Origin: an uncultured Verrucomicrobiae bacterium
GTDB lineage: Bacteria; Verrucomicrobiota; Verrucomicrobiia; Limisphaerales; JAFGQR01
Length of the DNA: 64,000 nucleotides
Direction of reading: 5' to 3'
NCBI GenBank assembly: GCA_963788655.1
Contig: CAWBHS010000076.1
Location: forward strand, 1 to 64,000
In this document: positions 30,543 through 41,600 of the stretch, one piece after another
How positions within the stretch are numbered: the stretch's first letter is position 1
How the letters are laid out: each line of letters opens with the position of its first letter
Position numbers and translations under genes: made by a program
Notes under the pieces: model-generated
Told to the model about the DNA's origin: nothing
What the model saw: the letters and a program-made list of their open reading frames with translations, nothing else
Databases searched by the model: none

Positions 30543-31229
30543 ATGGAAACCGACTCATTGACATATCGTTGCCCGTATTGCGGCACTTTGGTGGACGTAA
30601 CCGAGGGCGTGATGGGCGATATGATCGTTTGTCCCAACCAGGATTGCCGGAAGCCGTTTCGCGCGGACATTCCGTCGGCAATGCCGGCACGGGAAACGCC
30701 GCAGTCCGCGAAGACGCCGCACGCGCGGGTTGACCAGCCGGCGAGCGACGAAGAGGTCATCCGGCGAGTGCATCCCGCCATGTTCCGCAGTCATCCCCTG
30801 CGCTACGTGTTGCTGTGCCTCTTCTTCGTGGCCGGATTGGCCGGCCTGGAAGTGTCCTTGCTGGAAGGCAAAGGACTCGTGCTTGGCAATGGACAGATGG
30901 TTGACCGGTCCATGGTCGTGACGGTCAGCGCCATCCTCGCCGGCTCGGCGGCGCTGTTGTTCGCCGGCTGGTGGATTGGCGTGTTGACGACGACGTTGAC
31001 GGTGACCAGCGAGCGCACCCGGCTCCGCCGAGGGATCATTGCCCGCCACACGACGGAGGTGCGGCATTGCGACGTGCGAAATCTGCAAGTCGAACAGAAC
31101 ATCCTGCAACGTCTATGGGGCGTGGGCGATGTGGCGATCTCCAGTTCCGGACAGGACAATTTGGAAATCGTGGTACACGCCGTGCCGAAACCGCAAGAGA
31201 TTGCCAGCATTGTGCGTGATCGACAATAA
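30543..31229 (+). CDS. Zinc-ribbon + 2TM + bacterial PH (bPH_2) domain protein
   Basis: CPYC..CPNQDC; TM pair; VTSERTRLRRGII..VRNLQVEQNILQRLWGVGDVAISSSG. Confidence 0.82.
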   Translation: METDSLTYRCPYCGTLVDVTEGVMGDMIVCPNQDCRKPFRADIPSAMPARETPQSAKTPHARVDQPASDEEVIRRVHPAMFRSHPLRYVLLCLFFVAGLAGLEVSLLEGKGLVLGNGQMVDRSMVVTVSAILAGSAALLFAGWWIGVLTTTLTVTSERTRLRRGIIARHTTEVRHCDVRNLQVEQNILQRLWGVGDVAISSSGQDNLEIVVHAVPKPQEIASIVRDRQ

Positions 31230-31293
31230 CCCGGCGGTATCCCCACCGTGAGCCCGGCATCTCGAAGGGGTTGCGGCTCGTGAAATACCTTCG

Positions 31294-32508
31294 TTAAACC
31301 GCCAGGCCCGCGGCGTGGCCGCTGGCCCAGGCCCACTGGAAGTTGTAGCCGCCGAGCCAACCGGTCACATCCACGACTTCGCCGATAAAGTGCAGACCAG
31401 GCACCTGCCGGCATTCGAAGGTCTTCGACGACAATTCGCGAGTGTCCACGCCGCCGATGGTGACTTCGGCCTTGCGATAACCCTCGTTGCCGGCGGGGGT
31501 GATTTGCCAGGCGTGCAGGTTTCGCGACAGCGCTTCGACTTCGGCGCGGGAAAGCTGCGCGATGGGTTTGGCCGGCGCATGTCGGGCGCACCAAGCCTGG
31601 ACAAAGCGCTCCGGCAGGACTTGACGGAGCGCCGCTTTCACGTCGCGTCCTCCGGTCCGGTGCGCGGCGAGCAGATCGGCCGCCGCGAATGGTCGGGCAA
31701 CAGGTTGAGTCGCATCGTTTCCCCCGCCCGCCAGTAGCTGGAGATCTGGAGAATCGCCGGGCCGCTGAGACCGCGGTGCGTCAAGAGCACCGCTTCACGA
31801 AACGATGGCGCGTCCGGCCGCAGGCTGGCCACGCAATCAAACGCGATGCCGCTGAGTTCGGCGAACGGTTGCTGGTCGGCGGGCACCACGTCAGCGGCAC
31901 CAGGCCGGGCCGCACTGGAACGAGGGCCACCCCAAACTGCTCGGCGATTTCATAGCCGAACGGTGTCGCTCCGAGTTGGGGATAGGACAGCCCGCCCGTG
32001 GCAATAACGAGCGAGCGGGCGGCAAAAGTGCCCGCGGTGGTGGAAAGTTGATACTGGCTGGCAGGCGCGTCGGTAATCCGTTCCACCGCCCATGAACCTC
32101 CGTTGGCTCCCCTCAAGACGCGGCAGTTCAACCGCACTTCCACGCCCGCGTCCGCGCATTCGTCTTCGAGCAGTTGCAGAATCTGTTTGGAGCTATGGTT
32201 GCAGAAGAGTTGCCCGTGTTTCCGCTCGTGCCATGCGATGCGGTGTTGTTCGACCAGCGCGAGAAATCGTGCGGCGAGCAACGAGCGAGGGCGGACTTCA
32301 GGAAATGGGGACTGCCGCTGGTGACGTAATTGGCCGCGGTGGCGCCGAGGTTGGTGAAATTGCAGCGGCCACCACCGGAGATGAGAATCTTGTTTCCGAG
32401 CCGCGCCTGGTGTTCAAGCACGAGCACGCGCCGGCCGCGTCGGGCAGCCACCCGGGCACAGAAAAGGCCGGCGGCGCCCCCGCCAATAATGATGACATCG
32501 TAGTTCAA
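31294..32508 (-). CDS. HI0933/BaiN-family flavoprotein; about 3 frameshifts
   Basis: YDVIIIGGGAAGL, KILISGGGRCNFTN, ATGGLSYPQLGATPFGY, LLTHRGLSGPAIL, AEVTIGGV, GEVVDVTGWLGGYNFQWAWASG, spread over four ORFs. Confidence 0.88.
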
Positions 32509-32616
32509 CCAGCACGTCCTCTTCTTTCGTGAATCCGGCAATCCAGCGAGCGAAGCCGAAGGAAAATGCCAGCGCGTGGAGCGGCACAACTCTAACCTGA
32601 ACATTTCACAATCGCG

Positions 32617-32690
32617 CTGTAGCCGCCGACGTGAGGAGGCGGACCTGCTGCCTCTTCCCGTGCTCCGCCTCCTCACGTCAGCGGCTACAG
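32617..32690. repeat. GTAG-type REP doublet, family A
   Basis: ctgtagccgccgacgtgaggaggcgga ... tccgcctcctcacgtcagcggctacag, a near-perfect inverted repeat. Confidence 0.85.
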
Positions 32691-32786
32691 GCTGTCGGAG
32701 TTTTATCGGGCAAAATATCCAGGCAAATGCGGCGCCATCCCGATTGCCACGGACGCGCATCGCCGCTAATATCATCGACCTCAAGC

Positions 32787-33617
32787 ATGACAACTCGGGC
32801 TTTTAAACTGGCCATGGTGCAAATGCGCGTCAAAGGCGGCGCGCCGGCGGCCAACCTGGAACACGCCTCAGAGCGCATCGCCGAAGCGGCCCATCACGGC
32901 GCCCAGGTGGTGTTGTTACCGGAGACGCTGGACTTGGGGTGGACGCATCCTTCCGCCAAAACCGGTGCGGGCAGTATTCCCGATGGCAACGCCTGCCGGG
33001 CGTTGTGCGCTGCCGCCAGAGCAAATCACGTGTATGTCTGCGCTGGGCTCACCGAGCGCGCCGACCAGGAAGTGTTCAATGCTGCCGTCCTGATTGATCC
33101 GGCCGGACACGTGTGCCTTCATCAGCGTAAGCTGAACGAATTGGAGATTGGCCACGAGTTCTATGCGCAAGGCGACCGGTTGGGAGTTGCTCACACTCCA
33201 TTCGGAACCATCGGCGTGATGATTTGCGCCGACGCGTTTGCCCGCGGCCAGGTGGTCAGCCGCACGTTGGGCCTGATGGGCGCGGAGATTATTCTCTCCC
33301 CGTCCGCCTGGGCCGTGCCGGCGGATCACGACAACACCCGCGATCCGTATGGGCAGCTTTGGCGTGACAACTATTGCCCCGTGGCGCGTGACTTCCGTCT
33401 CTGGATTGCCGGAGTGAGCAACGTAGGTCCGGTGACTTCGGGACCGTGGGAAGGCCGCAAGTGCATCGGCTGTTCCCTGTTAATTGATCCTCACGGCGAG
33501 GTGGTGTTACAGGGACCGTACGGGGAAACTGCGGAAACGGTTCTTTACGCGGATATTTCCCTGGCACCCCGCCCCGCCCGTGGCGACGGATGGAATCGGT
33601 TCTGGAATATCCTTTAG
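32787..33617 (+). CDS. Carbon-nitrogen hydrolase (nitrilase superfamily)
   Basis: E-K-C triad contexts LLPE, HQRK, MICAD; GAEIILSPSAW. Confidence 0.9.
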   Translation: MTTRAFKLAMVQMRVKGGAPAANLEHASERIAEAAHHGAQVVLLPETLDLGWTHPSAKTGAGSIPDGNACRALCAAARANHVYVCAGLTERADQEVFNAAVLIDPAGHVCLHQRKLNELEIGHEFYAQGDRLGVAHTPFGTIGVMICADAFARGQVVSRTLGLMGAEIILSPSAWAVPADHDNTRDPYGQLWRDNYCPVARDFRLWIAGVSNVGPVTSGPWEGRKCIGCSLLIDPHGEVVLQGPYGETAETVLYADISLAPRPARGDGWNRFWNIL

Positions 33618-33633
33618 GCCAAGGAATCCATGA

Positions 33634-36477
33634 TTGACGTTGAATTCCGGCTTAACCATGGTGAGTCCAATGCCCATGCCAATTAAATCTGTGAAAGCAC
33701 GTATCGTGTGGAACTGCGTAACGGCCATTGTCACCATGACCACCACCCTGGCCGCCGCGCCGTGGTCGGCTTTGGTTTCGCCGGATAATACGCTGGAGTT
33801 CAAGTTTCTTAAAGCTGACGCGGCGGTCTTTCATCTCACACTTGCCGGTTGGGGGCCGAATTGGCAATGGGTGGGGCTGAGCGCCAAGCAGAAGGCGAGC
33901 GGCGATAAGCTGGATGTCTCCGTGCCGTTTGTCGTCCGCAAGGCCGACGGTGAAGTCATCAACATCCGGTTCCAGTCCTGGAAAAGCGGGCCGCGCGAAG
34001 TGACGTTCCGTTACGATCTCACGGCCGCAAAAGATGTACCGGTGACGATGGTCATCGCGAGCCTCAGCGTGGAACGCGCTTTTTCCACAGGCGAATGGGT
34101 GCTGACCCACACCGACGGCAAGGCCAGCACGCTGAAGCTTCCCGTTGGCATCACCTCGCGACCGGCGGCGACGAAAGCCACGTTGCATCTGGCCAAGGCG
34201 GGTGACATCGCGATCGGCTTCGATCCGCCGTGCGGCATGGCTTTTGACCAAGACCTGCGGGTGATTCTCGCGCAGGACGTTTTCAAAGCCGGCTCGCGCG
34301 CTGTCACGCTCACCGTGACGTTGCCGGATGAAGTGGCGTTCCTGGCCCGGCAAGAAGACCTTGACCAGCTCACCAAGACGCTGGCCGGACCGGACTGGTT
34401 TCCCTTCGCGCCCACGGATGATCTCGGGCCCAGCGTCATCGGCATGGAAGATTGGTTGGAGAAACCCGCGGGCAAACACGGCAGTGTGCGTCACGCCGGC
34501 GACCGGTTCCAATTCGCCGACGGCACGCCAGTGAAGTTTTGGGGTGTCAACCTCTCCTACGGCCGCGGTTGCGCGCCGGCCCGGAAAGAAGCCGAGTTCA
34601 CCGCCGCCCGCTACGCCAAATACGGCATCAACGCCGTTCGCCTGCACAAATTCTCCTATCCCACCGATCACAGCGGCATCGCGGACAAAAACGATTCCAC
34701 GCGCATGACGCCCGAGGGTTTGGACCGTCTCGACTACTTCAGTGCCCAACTCAAGCAGCACGGCATCTATTACGCCTGGTCGCACACGTTCGGCTTCCAG
34801 GTCACACCAGGCCAGCGGGACCGGTTGCTGGCATACGACGAGATCGAGAAGCATCTGCAAGGGAAGACCTACGCCTTCATCAATCTCGCCGAGGACGTGC
34901 AGGATTTGATGATCGACATGGTGGTGCGGCTTTTGAAGCACAAGAATCCGCACACGGGCCTGACCTACGCTGAAGACCCCGCACTCGCCTATATCGAATT
35001 GCAGAACGAGGACGACATCTTTTTTTATACCAACGAAAAGGTGTTCAACGCTTGCCCCACTTACCGGAAACATTTTGTGGAGCGATTCAGCGAGTGGCTC
35101 AAGGCCAAGTACGGTTCCGAAGCCGCCTTAAAGCAGGCCTGGGGCGACGCGCTCAAGTCTGGCGAATCATTCGCGGCCAGGAACATTGTTCCGCAGGCCA
35201 ATCCGTGGTTCTTCGGTGAAGACAATCTGCCCAAGCAAACGGGCGGCGCGCGCCGGCGTCTGCTCGATACCGCCCAACACTTTCACGAGTTACAAAACAA
35301 GTTCTACGCCCGGTTCGTGAAAGCCATCCGCGACGCCGGTTACCAGGGCGCCCTGTGCGGTTCGCCCTGGCAGGCCCCGTCGATGTTGCCGCATTACCTC
35401 AATCTCCAGTCTGACGCGCTGGTGGGTTTCATCGACCGGCATAACTATTTCGGCGGCGGTTTGTTTGACACGATGCTCACCCGGCCCGGCAGCGGCTACT
35501 TCGGGACCGGCCTCCAGCAAGTGGCCGACCGGCCCTTTGGATTGAGCGAGTGGATTCATGTCTATCCGTCGCTCTACAGTGCGGAAGGTCCGGCGCTCAT
35601 CGCAGCCTATGGCCTGGGATTGCAGGGTTGGGACGCCAGTTTCGAATTCCAGTCGCAGATCAATCCCCACACCTTCAACGACCGCGTGGGCTGGCCGCCG
35701 TGGGGCGTCTGGGAAGCGGATGTGCCCACGCAACTGGGCCAGTATCCGGTGCTGGCGCGAATGATTTACCGGGGCGACGTGCAGGAGGCGGAAGTCATCT
35801 CGACGCGCCGCGTGAGCCGGAACGATCTCGCCACCGGCCAATTCAACTTCTCCGACCGCGTGCGGCAACAAGGCGACATCAAAACGTTCAGTGGCAGCGT
35901 GCCCGCCGAGGCGCTCACGGCGGGCCGGGTGGTGGTGGAGTTCACGGACCAGCCGCAACCCAGTACGTTCCCGGACCTGACGAAATATCGCCAGGACAGC
36001 ACCATCGTCAGCGCTACCAAGCAGCTTGCGTGGGACACCGCTGGCCAAGGATTCTTCACCGTGAACACCCCCGGTACCAAAGCGGTCGTGGGCTTCGCCA
36101 AGAACAAACCGCAACATCTCGGTGATGTGACCATCGAAGTGCAGTGCCCGTACGCCAGTGTGTTCCTTACGGCGACGCAACCGGGCGCCCCGCTCACCAC
36201 GGCGAAAACCGCTCTCCTTTCTGCCGTAGCCCGCAATTGCAACAGCGGCTTCAAGTATTTCGCCGTGGACGGCAAGACCCTGGACAACGGCAAGGCGCCA
36301 ATTCTGCTCGAACCTGTGAAGGCCACCGTTACCCTAACCGACCGGCCGGTGGCGGCGGTGAACGTCCTGGACCATTCCGGCCGCCGCAGCGGCAAGACCC
36401 TTCCCGTAACCAATGGACACTTCACAATCGACGGCGCGAAAGACCAGGCCCTCTACTACGAAGTCGTGTTTCGTTGA
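33634..36477 (+). CDS. Secreted clan GH-A glycoside hydrolase (GH5/GH148-like)
   Basis: VKFWGVNL, GINAVRLH, LDRLDYF..LKQHGIY, NPHTGLTYAEDPA, ELQNE (acid/base), DRHNY, LSEW (nucleophile). True start may be 33670 or 33676. Confidence 0.75.
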   Translation: MTLNSGLTMVSPMPMPIKSVKARIVWNCVTAIVTMTTTLAAAPWSALVSPDNTLEFKFLKADAAVFHLTLAGWGPNWQWVGLSAKQKASGDKLDVSVPFVVRKADGEVINIRFQSWKSGPREVTFRYDLTAAKDVPVTMVIASLSVERAFSTGEWVLTHTDGKASTLKLPVGITSRPAATKATLHLAKAGDIAIGFDPPCGMAFDQDLRVILAQDVFKAGSRAVTLTVTLPDEVAFLARQEDLDQLTKTLAGPDWFPFAPTDDLGPSVIGMEDWLEKPAGKHGSVRHAGDRFQFADGTPVKFWGVNLSYGRGCAPARKEAEFTAARYAKYGINAVRLHKFSYPTDHSGIADKNDSTRMTPEGLDRLDYFSAQLKQHGIYYAWSHTFGFQVTPGQRDRLLAYDEIEKHLQGKTYAFINLAEDVQDLMIDMVVRLLKHKNPHTGLTYAEDPALAYIELQNEDDIFFYTNEKVFNACPTYRKHFVERFSEWLKAKYGSEAALKQAWGDALKSGESFAARNIVPQANPWFFGEDNLPKQTGGARRRLLDTAQHFHELQNKFYARFVKAIRDAGYQGALCGSPWQAPSMLPHYLNLQSDALVGFIDRHNYFGGGLFDTMLTRPGSGYFGTGLQQVADRPFGLSEWIHVYPSLYSAEGPALIAAYGLGLQGWDASFEFQSQINPHTFNDRVGWPPWGVWEADVPTQLGQYPVLARMIYRGDVQEAEVISTRRVSRNDLATGQFNFSDRVRQQGDIKTFSGSVPAEALTAGRVVVEFTDQPQPSTFPDLTKYRQDSTIVSATKQLAWDTAGQGFFTVNTPGTKAVVGFAKNKPQHLGDVTIEVQCPYASVFLTATQPGAPLTTAKTALLSAVARNCNSGFKYFAVDGKTLDNGKAPILLEPVKATVTLTDRPVAAVNVLDHSGRRSGKTLPVTNGHFTIDGAKDQALYYEVVFR

Positions 36478-36487
36478 TCAAGCGTGT

Positions 36488-36752
36488 TGCCGGCATCTTG
36501 CCGGCAGTTTGGAACGGCGGCGCCGCCGAAACGATGACGTGATGCTTGTGAACGACGCGCCAGAAGTCGCGCGCCAGCGTTTGGAGTACGCGCGGTGCGC
36601 CGCCGCTTTTGACGGAGGCACGCGTTTGGTTGCTTGCGATCGTACTCGACTGTTTTGGGGCGGTGGTCTGGGTTCGAAAGCGGTGCTTCACGCCGCACTC
36701 CAGGACGCTGGCGCGTCGCGGTATCCATTTCTGTCAACGGGACGCCGGCAGC
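36488..36752. repeat. Cluster of REP-like palindromes (families F TGCCGGCATCYTGCCGGCA and G TGGAGTGCG/CGCACTCCA)
   Basis: tgccggcatcttgccggca; ttggagtacgcg...ccgcttt / aaagcgg...cgcactccaggacgctggcgcg. Family F recurs at 59131 and family G at 13253. Confidence 0.6.
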
Positions 36753-36755
36753 ATG

Positions 36756-38210
36756 CTAATGCAGGCTGGAATACCGTTTGCCATCCACCACCAAGTCCAA
36801 CCGGGTGACCAGCGTGCCGCCATGCGAACCATCCCAAACCTCGTTACCAAACCAAACCCCGACGATGCGGGCATCAGCCGGCAGGCCGCGCCGCGCGGCG
36901 TCAGCTACAAAAGCTTGCAGGCTAACCTTGGGCGGCGCGCCCCGAAACCCCCGAATTCGATATTGGAATTGGGCTACCCGTTGCTGGCGGTCCGGCCGGG
37001 TCTCGACATACTCGTAGTCACGGTAGCCATCGTTGACGGACTGTCCGGTGGCCTGTTTGCCATACCAGTCAAAGAGGATGCTGATCCGGTGGGTCAGCGG
37101 CCAGCCCGTTTCAGCGGCAGTCAGCCATACGTGGATCGACAAGTCATGATTGCCGGCGTCGTTATCCAGCCGGGTCACCGCGTCCAGTTCCATCGCAAAT
37201 GATTTTTCCTTGGACTCCTTGTCCAAGCGGATCATGGGAAACCACGAGTCGGTTCGATTGTGCGGGTTGAAATTGCCCGCGCCGATGCCCAAGAGAATCG
37301 GCTCCTTGCTGGCTGAAGCGCGTCGGTCCCAGGTCCAGCCACAACTGCCGTCCTCGTGCCGGAAAATGCGCTGCTCACAATTGACTTGGGCATCGCCCAC
37401 CAGGCCTTCCGGATCACTGACCAGCGTAAACAGCTTTCCATCGTCCAAGCTGAGGACGGCCCGATCACCTTCGCCCAAACCACCGCCAGTGATTCGATAG
37501 GTGTTCTCACTGACCCGCACCCGTGGCCAATTGGTGGCTTTCGATTTGAGCCGGCGGACCGCAAACCGGTTCACGTGGATCCAATGCTCCTTGTCGGGCG
37601 GGCCATTGTAGAACTGCAGGCTGGCCTTGGGCTCGCCCTTAACCGGCAGATCGCATTCACCCACGTCGCGCCACTCGCTCCAGGGGCGCGTGCGGAACTG
37701 GCCCCGTATCTGGTTGTTCACCGCTTGCAGGCGTAACTCCACGGTGTGGTCGTCCAGCGGAACGATGGCCACGGTGCGGGCGCGATCATTTTCCTCGCGA
37801 CCCATGACAATGGACAACCGGCCGCTCACCAGTTCCTTTCCCAGCTTGACCATGTTGCTGTCATCGTAGAACCAGGCCAAATCGGCCTGCTCCCACTGAG
37901 CGGTGGGCGCGTTGCTGAAGGTGACGGAAATCTCCACCGGCGTGTCCGCGGGCGCCGGGATGGGGCGCACCAAAACATTTTTCGCGTTGTTGGCGGAGCC
38001 CCACATATTGCCGGGCTGCACGCGCACCTCCAATCCCGGTGGTCCGACCCGCCAGGCGGTCCGGTCCTCGCGCTCCCACGACCAACCCTCAGCCAACTTG
38101 CCATTGAACTCATCCTGGAAAACCAGTTCGCCCGGCTCGGCACTCCACACCGCTGCGGTGGAAGCCAAGAGGAGGGCCAGAAGGACGTACGCATGGTGTT
38201 GCTTTGACAT
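36756..38210 (-). CDS. Secreted protein: ConA-like domain + GH12-like domain
   Basis: Signal peptide from ATG 38210; FQDEFNGKL..GWSW.RE..WEQADLAWFYDDSNMVKL (ConA-like); C-terminal WTWD..NHDLSIHVWL..FGNEVWDG. Confidence 0.6.
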   Translation of the reverse strand: MSKQHHAYVLLALLLASTAAVWSAEPGELVFQDEFNGKLAEGWSWEREDRTAWRVGPPGLEVRVQPGNMWGSANNAKNVLVRPIPAPADTPVEISVTFSNAPTAQWEQADLAWFYDDSNMVKLGKELVSGRLSIVMGREENDRARTVAIVPLDDHTVELRLQAVNNQIRGQFRTRPWSEWRDVGECDLPVKGEPKASLQFYNGPPDKEHWIHVNRFAVRRLKSKATNWPRVRVSENTYRITGGGLGEGDRAVLSLDDGKLFTLVSDPEGLVGDAQVNCEQRIFRHEDGSCGWTWDRRASASKEPILLGIGAGNFNPHNRTDSWFPMIRLDKESKEKSFAMELDAVTRLDNDAGNHDLSIHVWLTAAETGWPLTHRISILFDWYGKQATGQSVNDGYRDYEYVETRPDRQQRVAQFQYRIRGFRGAPPKVSLQAFVADAARRGLPADARIVGVWFGNEVWDGSHGGTLVTRLDLVVDGKRYSSLH

Positions 38211-38576
38211 AACTCGCAGATGTGATTTGTTGCGCGGTAGGATCGGCAATCGCTCTCCCCTCGTCAACACCAACGATTGAGCTTGCGCCTTGGGGTGAGT
38301 ATTAATTCCACAATAGCCGCGACTGACCCGTTTACGGCCATCTGCTGACTCATCCCGGACTTTCGTTACCGAGGGGTCCGCTGGATTCACTTCAATAATC
38401 GGCCAATCGCCTGGCGCTCCTCCCTCTCCCCTCAACGGAAGAGGGGCCGTGCGAAGCCAATTTTCATAATGAAGTATTGGGCCAAAGTGCGCGCACGGTC
38501 AAGGGCGTTGGCGTCAATTTGCCGCCGCGATGTTTTGGAGCTTATTCCACTTCGCGTTCAAGCTGAGACTTCAAGC

Positions 38577-38643
38577 GGAGCGCGGACATTCCTGTCCGCT
38601 GGTGCGGCCCATACCCGCCGAGCGGACTGTATGTCCGCGATGC
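38577..38643. repeat. REP doublet, family B (GGAGCGCGGACATTCYTGTCCGC)
   Basis: ggagcgcggacattcctgtccgct ... agcggactgtatgtccgcg; other copies at 41873 and 44325. Confidence 0.8.
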
Positions 38644-38665
38644 AACAAATTGAGACAAACTGTCT

Positions 38666-41600
38666 TCATGGCACCAGCAACACCCGATAGAATCGATGGC
38701 CGGTTGCGGGCGCCGCCAAATCAACAGCAGCTCCGGTGGAACTTGAGGCGGTGACGACTTCGCCCCAATCGGTCCATTGCGCCTCGGTCACCTCATCTTT
38801 GAACTGCACCCGGTAACTGCGACCCGGGACAGCGCTCCATAGCACCGTCGTGCTGCCGCTGCCTGGCGAAGTGATGGTCATTACGCGCAAGACGGAGCCA
38901 TCATTCCGCGGATCGGTGCCCGCGCGAAACTCGTCGCCATCCGTGGCGCCATCGTGATCGAAATCGCCGGAGCCATCCCGATCCAGCGTTTCGAAGTAGG
39001 CCAGTTCCCAATCATCATCCAGGCCGTCGCCATCGGTGTCGGCGCCGCCCAGTTGCAGGACAAAGACATCCCGCATCCCGTTGTAATCATTGGGCACCAG
39101 GTCGCTGGCGAAGCTTTGGAAAACCACCGTGCGCCCATTGGCGGCCATGACTGGCTTGGTGGACGGGCCGTTGCCCGAGCCGGTGCCAGTTTGGTTCAGG
39201 CTCACGAGCAGCGTGGTCCCCAGCCAGCGGTCATGCACGAAAATGTCGCTGACGTGGTTGGTGTCATTCGCCACCAGGTCACTGGCCCGGCTGGTGAAGA
39301 CCACGTAACGTCCGTCGCCACTGATCAAGGGCGTGGTGGAATCGCCGTTACCACCGTTACCCGTATGACTGCGGCTCACCAGCTCCGTGGTGTCCTGCGC
39401 CAGGTTTCGGACGAAAATGTTGGTCGGTCCAGTGCCATTGGCGGGGGCTTCGAACGCCACCAGAGTGCCATCACGGTTCAGGTTCGGAGCGCTCCCATTC
39501 GTGCTCGCAACGAGTGTGGTTTGCGCCTCCAAATCGCGGACCGTCACGCTGAAATTCGTGCTCACGAACGCCACACGGCGCGAGTTAGCGCTGAACGTGC
39601 CGCCCTCAGCGCAGCCCCAATTCGGCTCGCCATTGGGACCGACGCTGAGCAGCACGGTGGTCCGATTGAGCAGATCGCGGCCGAACAAGCTGGGCACGTG
39701 GTTGACATTGTTCGTGGTCAGGTTGGCTTCCGAGGCGGAGAACAACACCCAACGTCCATCCGGGCTAAAGGTCGAATTGGTGGTGCCCGGAGTGTATAAT
39801 CCCGAGCCGGCAAGATTGACACTGATCAAGTCGTTGGTTCCCGTCAACAGGTCGTGAAGGAAGACATTGTACCGGTAGCCTCCCCCGCCGACTCCGGGCA
39901 CCAGTTCACTCACGTCAGCGTCACAACTGAACGCCACTGCGCGTCCATCCGGGCTCATTCGAGGCGAAAAACAATTTCCCACCAGTTCGCCAGCAGAATT
40001 CACGTTGACCGGAACGGGTGCGCCGTTGGTTAGACTCCGCCAATACACGTTGCCGGGAGTGGTTGCCACGGCGTAAGTGATGAAATTCTCCGGCTTCTCC
40101 CACAAGAATGCAGCCTCGTTGCCGTCACCGCTCAACGCCACCTCCCGCGCAAATATACGCAGCGGGCTGAAGCTGCCGTCGGCCTCCACGCTCAGGGGTA
40201 AGGTCAGACCTGAATTGAGGTCGCGCACAAAGGCGTCCTGCCAACCGTTGGTATCGCCCGGAGCCAGCGTATTGTCCCAACTGGTGAAGGCGATTTTGGA
40301 TCCGTCGGCGCTGAGGGCTTTGATCTCGGTCGCGCACAGCGCGGCGCCCAGCGTTGATTCGCGACCGGGAATGACTTCCGTAATCAAGCGGGTGGTCCCG
40401 GCTTCCACATCGCGCACAAAGATATCGCTCGAGCGATTGAGGTCGCCGGACACCAACGAACCGTCCAGGGACTCGAACACCACGAAACGGCCATCCGGGC
40501 TGATGGCTGGCGGCGCATAATCCAGGTGCAAGATGCCCGGTTGCCCATTCGCGTTGGCGCTCACCAGGCTCGCGGTGCCGTTCGTTAGGTTGCGCTGAAC
40601 GACCTGCCAAATTCCGTTCGTCTCGCCGTTGTCCAGCACAATGCCCTCGCTCAGAAAAGCCGCATGATGACCATCGGGCGTCATCACCGCATGACTGGCC
40701 CAAAAACCGGGGTCCTGGCTGGGAGGGCCGCCGGGCAGATTCAGCGCCGTGTTGGTGCCGGATTCCCGATCCCAAATCATTGAGATCGTTTCCTCGCCGT
40801 ACAATACGAACTGGCCATCATCACTCAATTCCAGGGTGGACTCGATGTCGGTGCGGTTGGTGCCGACCACCTGGCTTTGGCCAGCCAACACGTCGTGGCA
40901 AACCACCAGGATATTGGAGGTCGCCTCGGCAACCGCAAAGAACGCCACATACCGTCCATTGGCGCTGACCTTCGGGGCATAGCAGCGGTAAGTGGTGTTG
41001 GTCTCAAACAAGCTTCCCACATTGGTGACTCACGCAAAGAGGTCTGACCGGCCTGCACGTCCCGCAGGTAAATCTCGCCCAAACGATTCGTCACACCAGG
41101 TACCAAATCCGTGGCCGTGCTCAGGAAGGCCACGTAACGCCCGTCCGGCGTCAGGGCGGCTTCGGAGGACTGGCCATTGCCCGTACTGGTGGTGGCGTTC
41201 ACGCTCACCAGTCGCGTGAGACCGGACTGCGTGTCGCGCAGGAACACGTCCATTTCTTGATTGGTATCCAACTCGGTCACCAGATTGGTGGCCAGGCTTT
41301 CAAACACCACCCAACGCCCGTCCGCCGAGATGAGCGGATGATCGGAAAGCGGGCGGTTGATTCTTGGCGTGGATTCGCGGACTGCCTCCCGCTAGATCGG
41401 CACTGACCAAGGTGGTCGTGCTGGCCTCCAGGTCGCGCAGGAAAATGTCGCTGGTGTCGTTCGTGTCGTCCGGCACCAGGTTGCTGGCGGCCGTCGCGAA
41501 GACCACGAATTGCCCGTTCGAGGAAATGGCCATGCTGCCGACGTTGGCGTTGCCGCCGCCGGTTCCGGAAGTGTTCACGCTGGCTAGCACCGTCTCGTGG

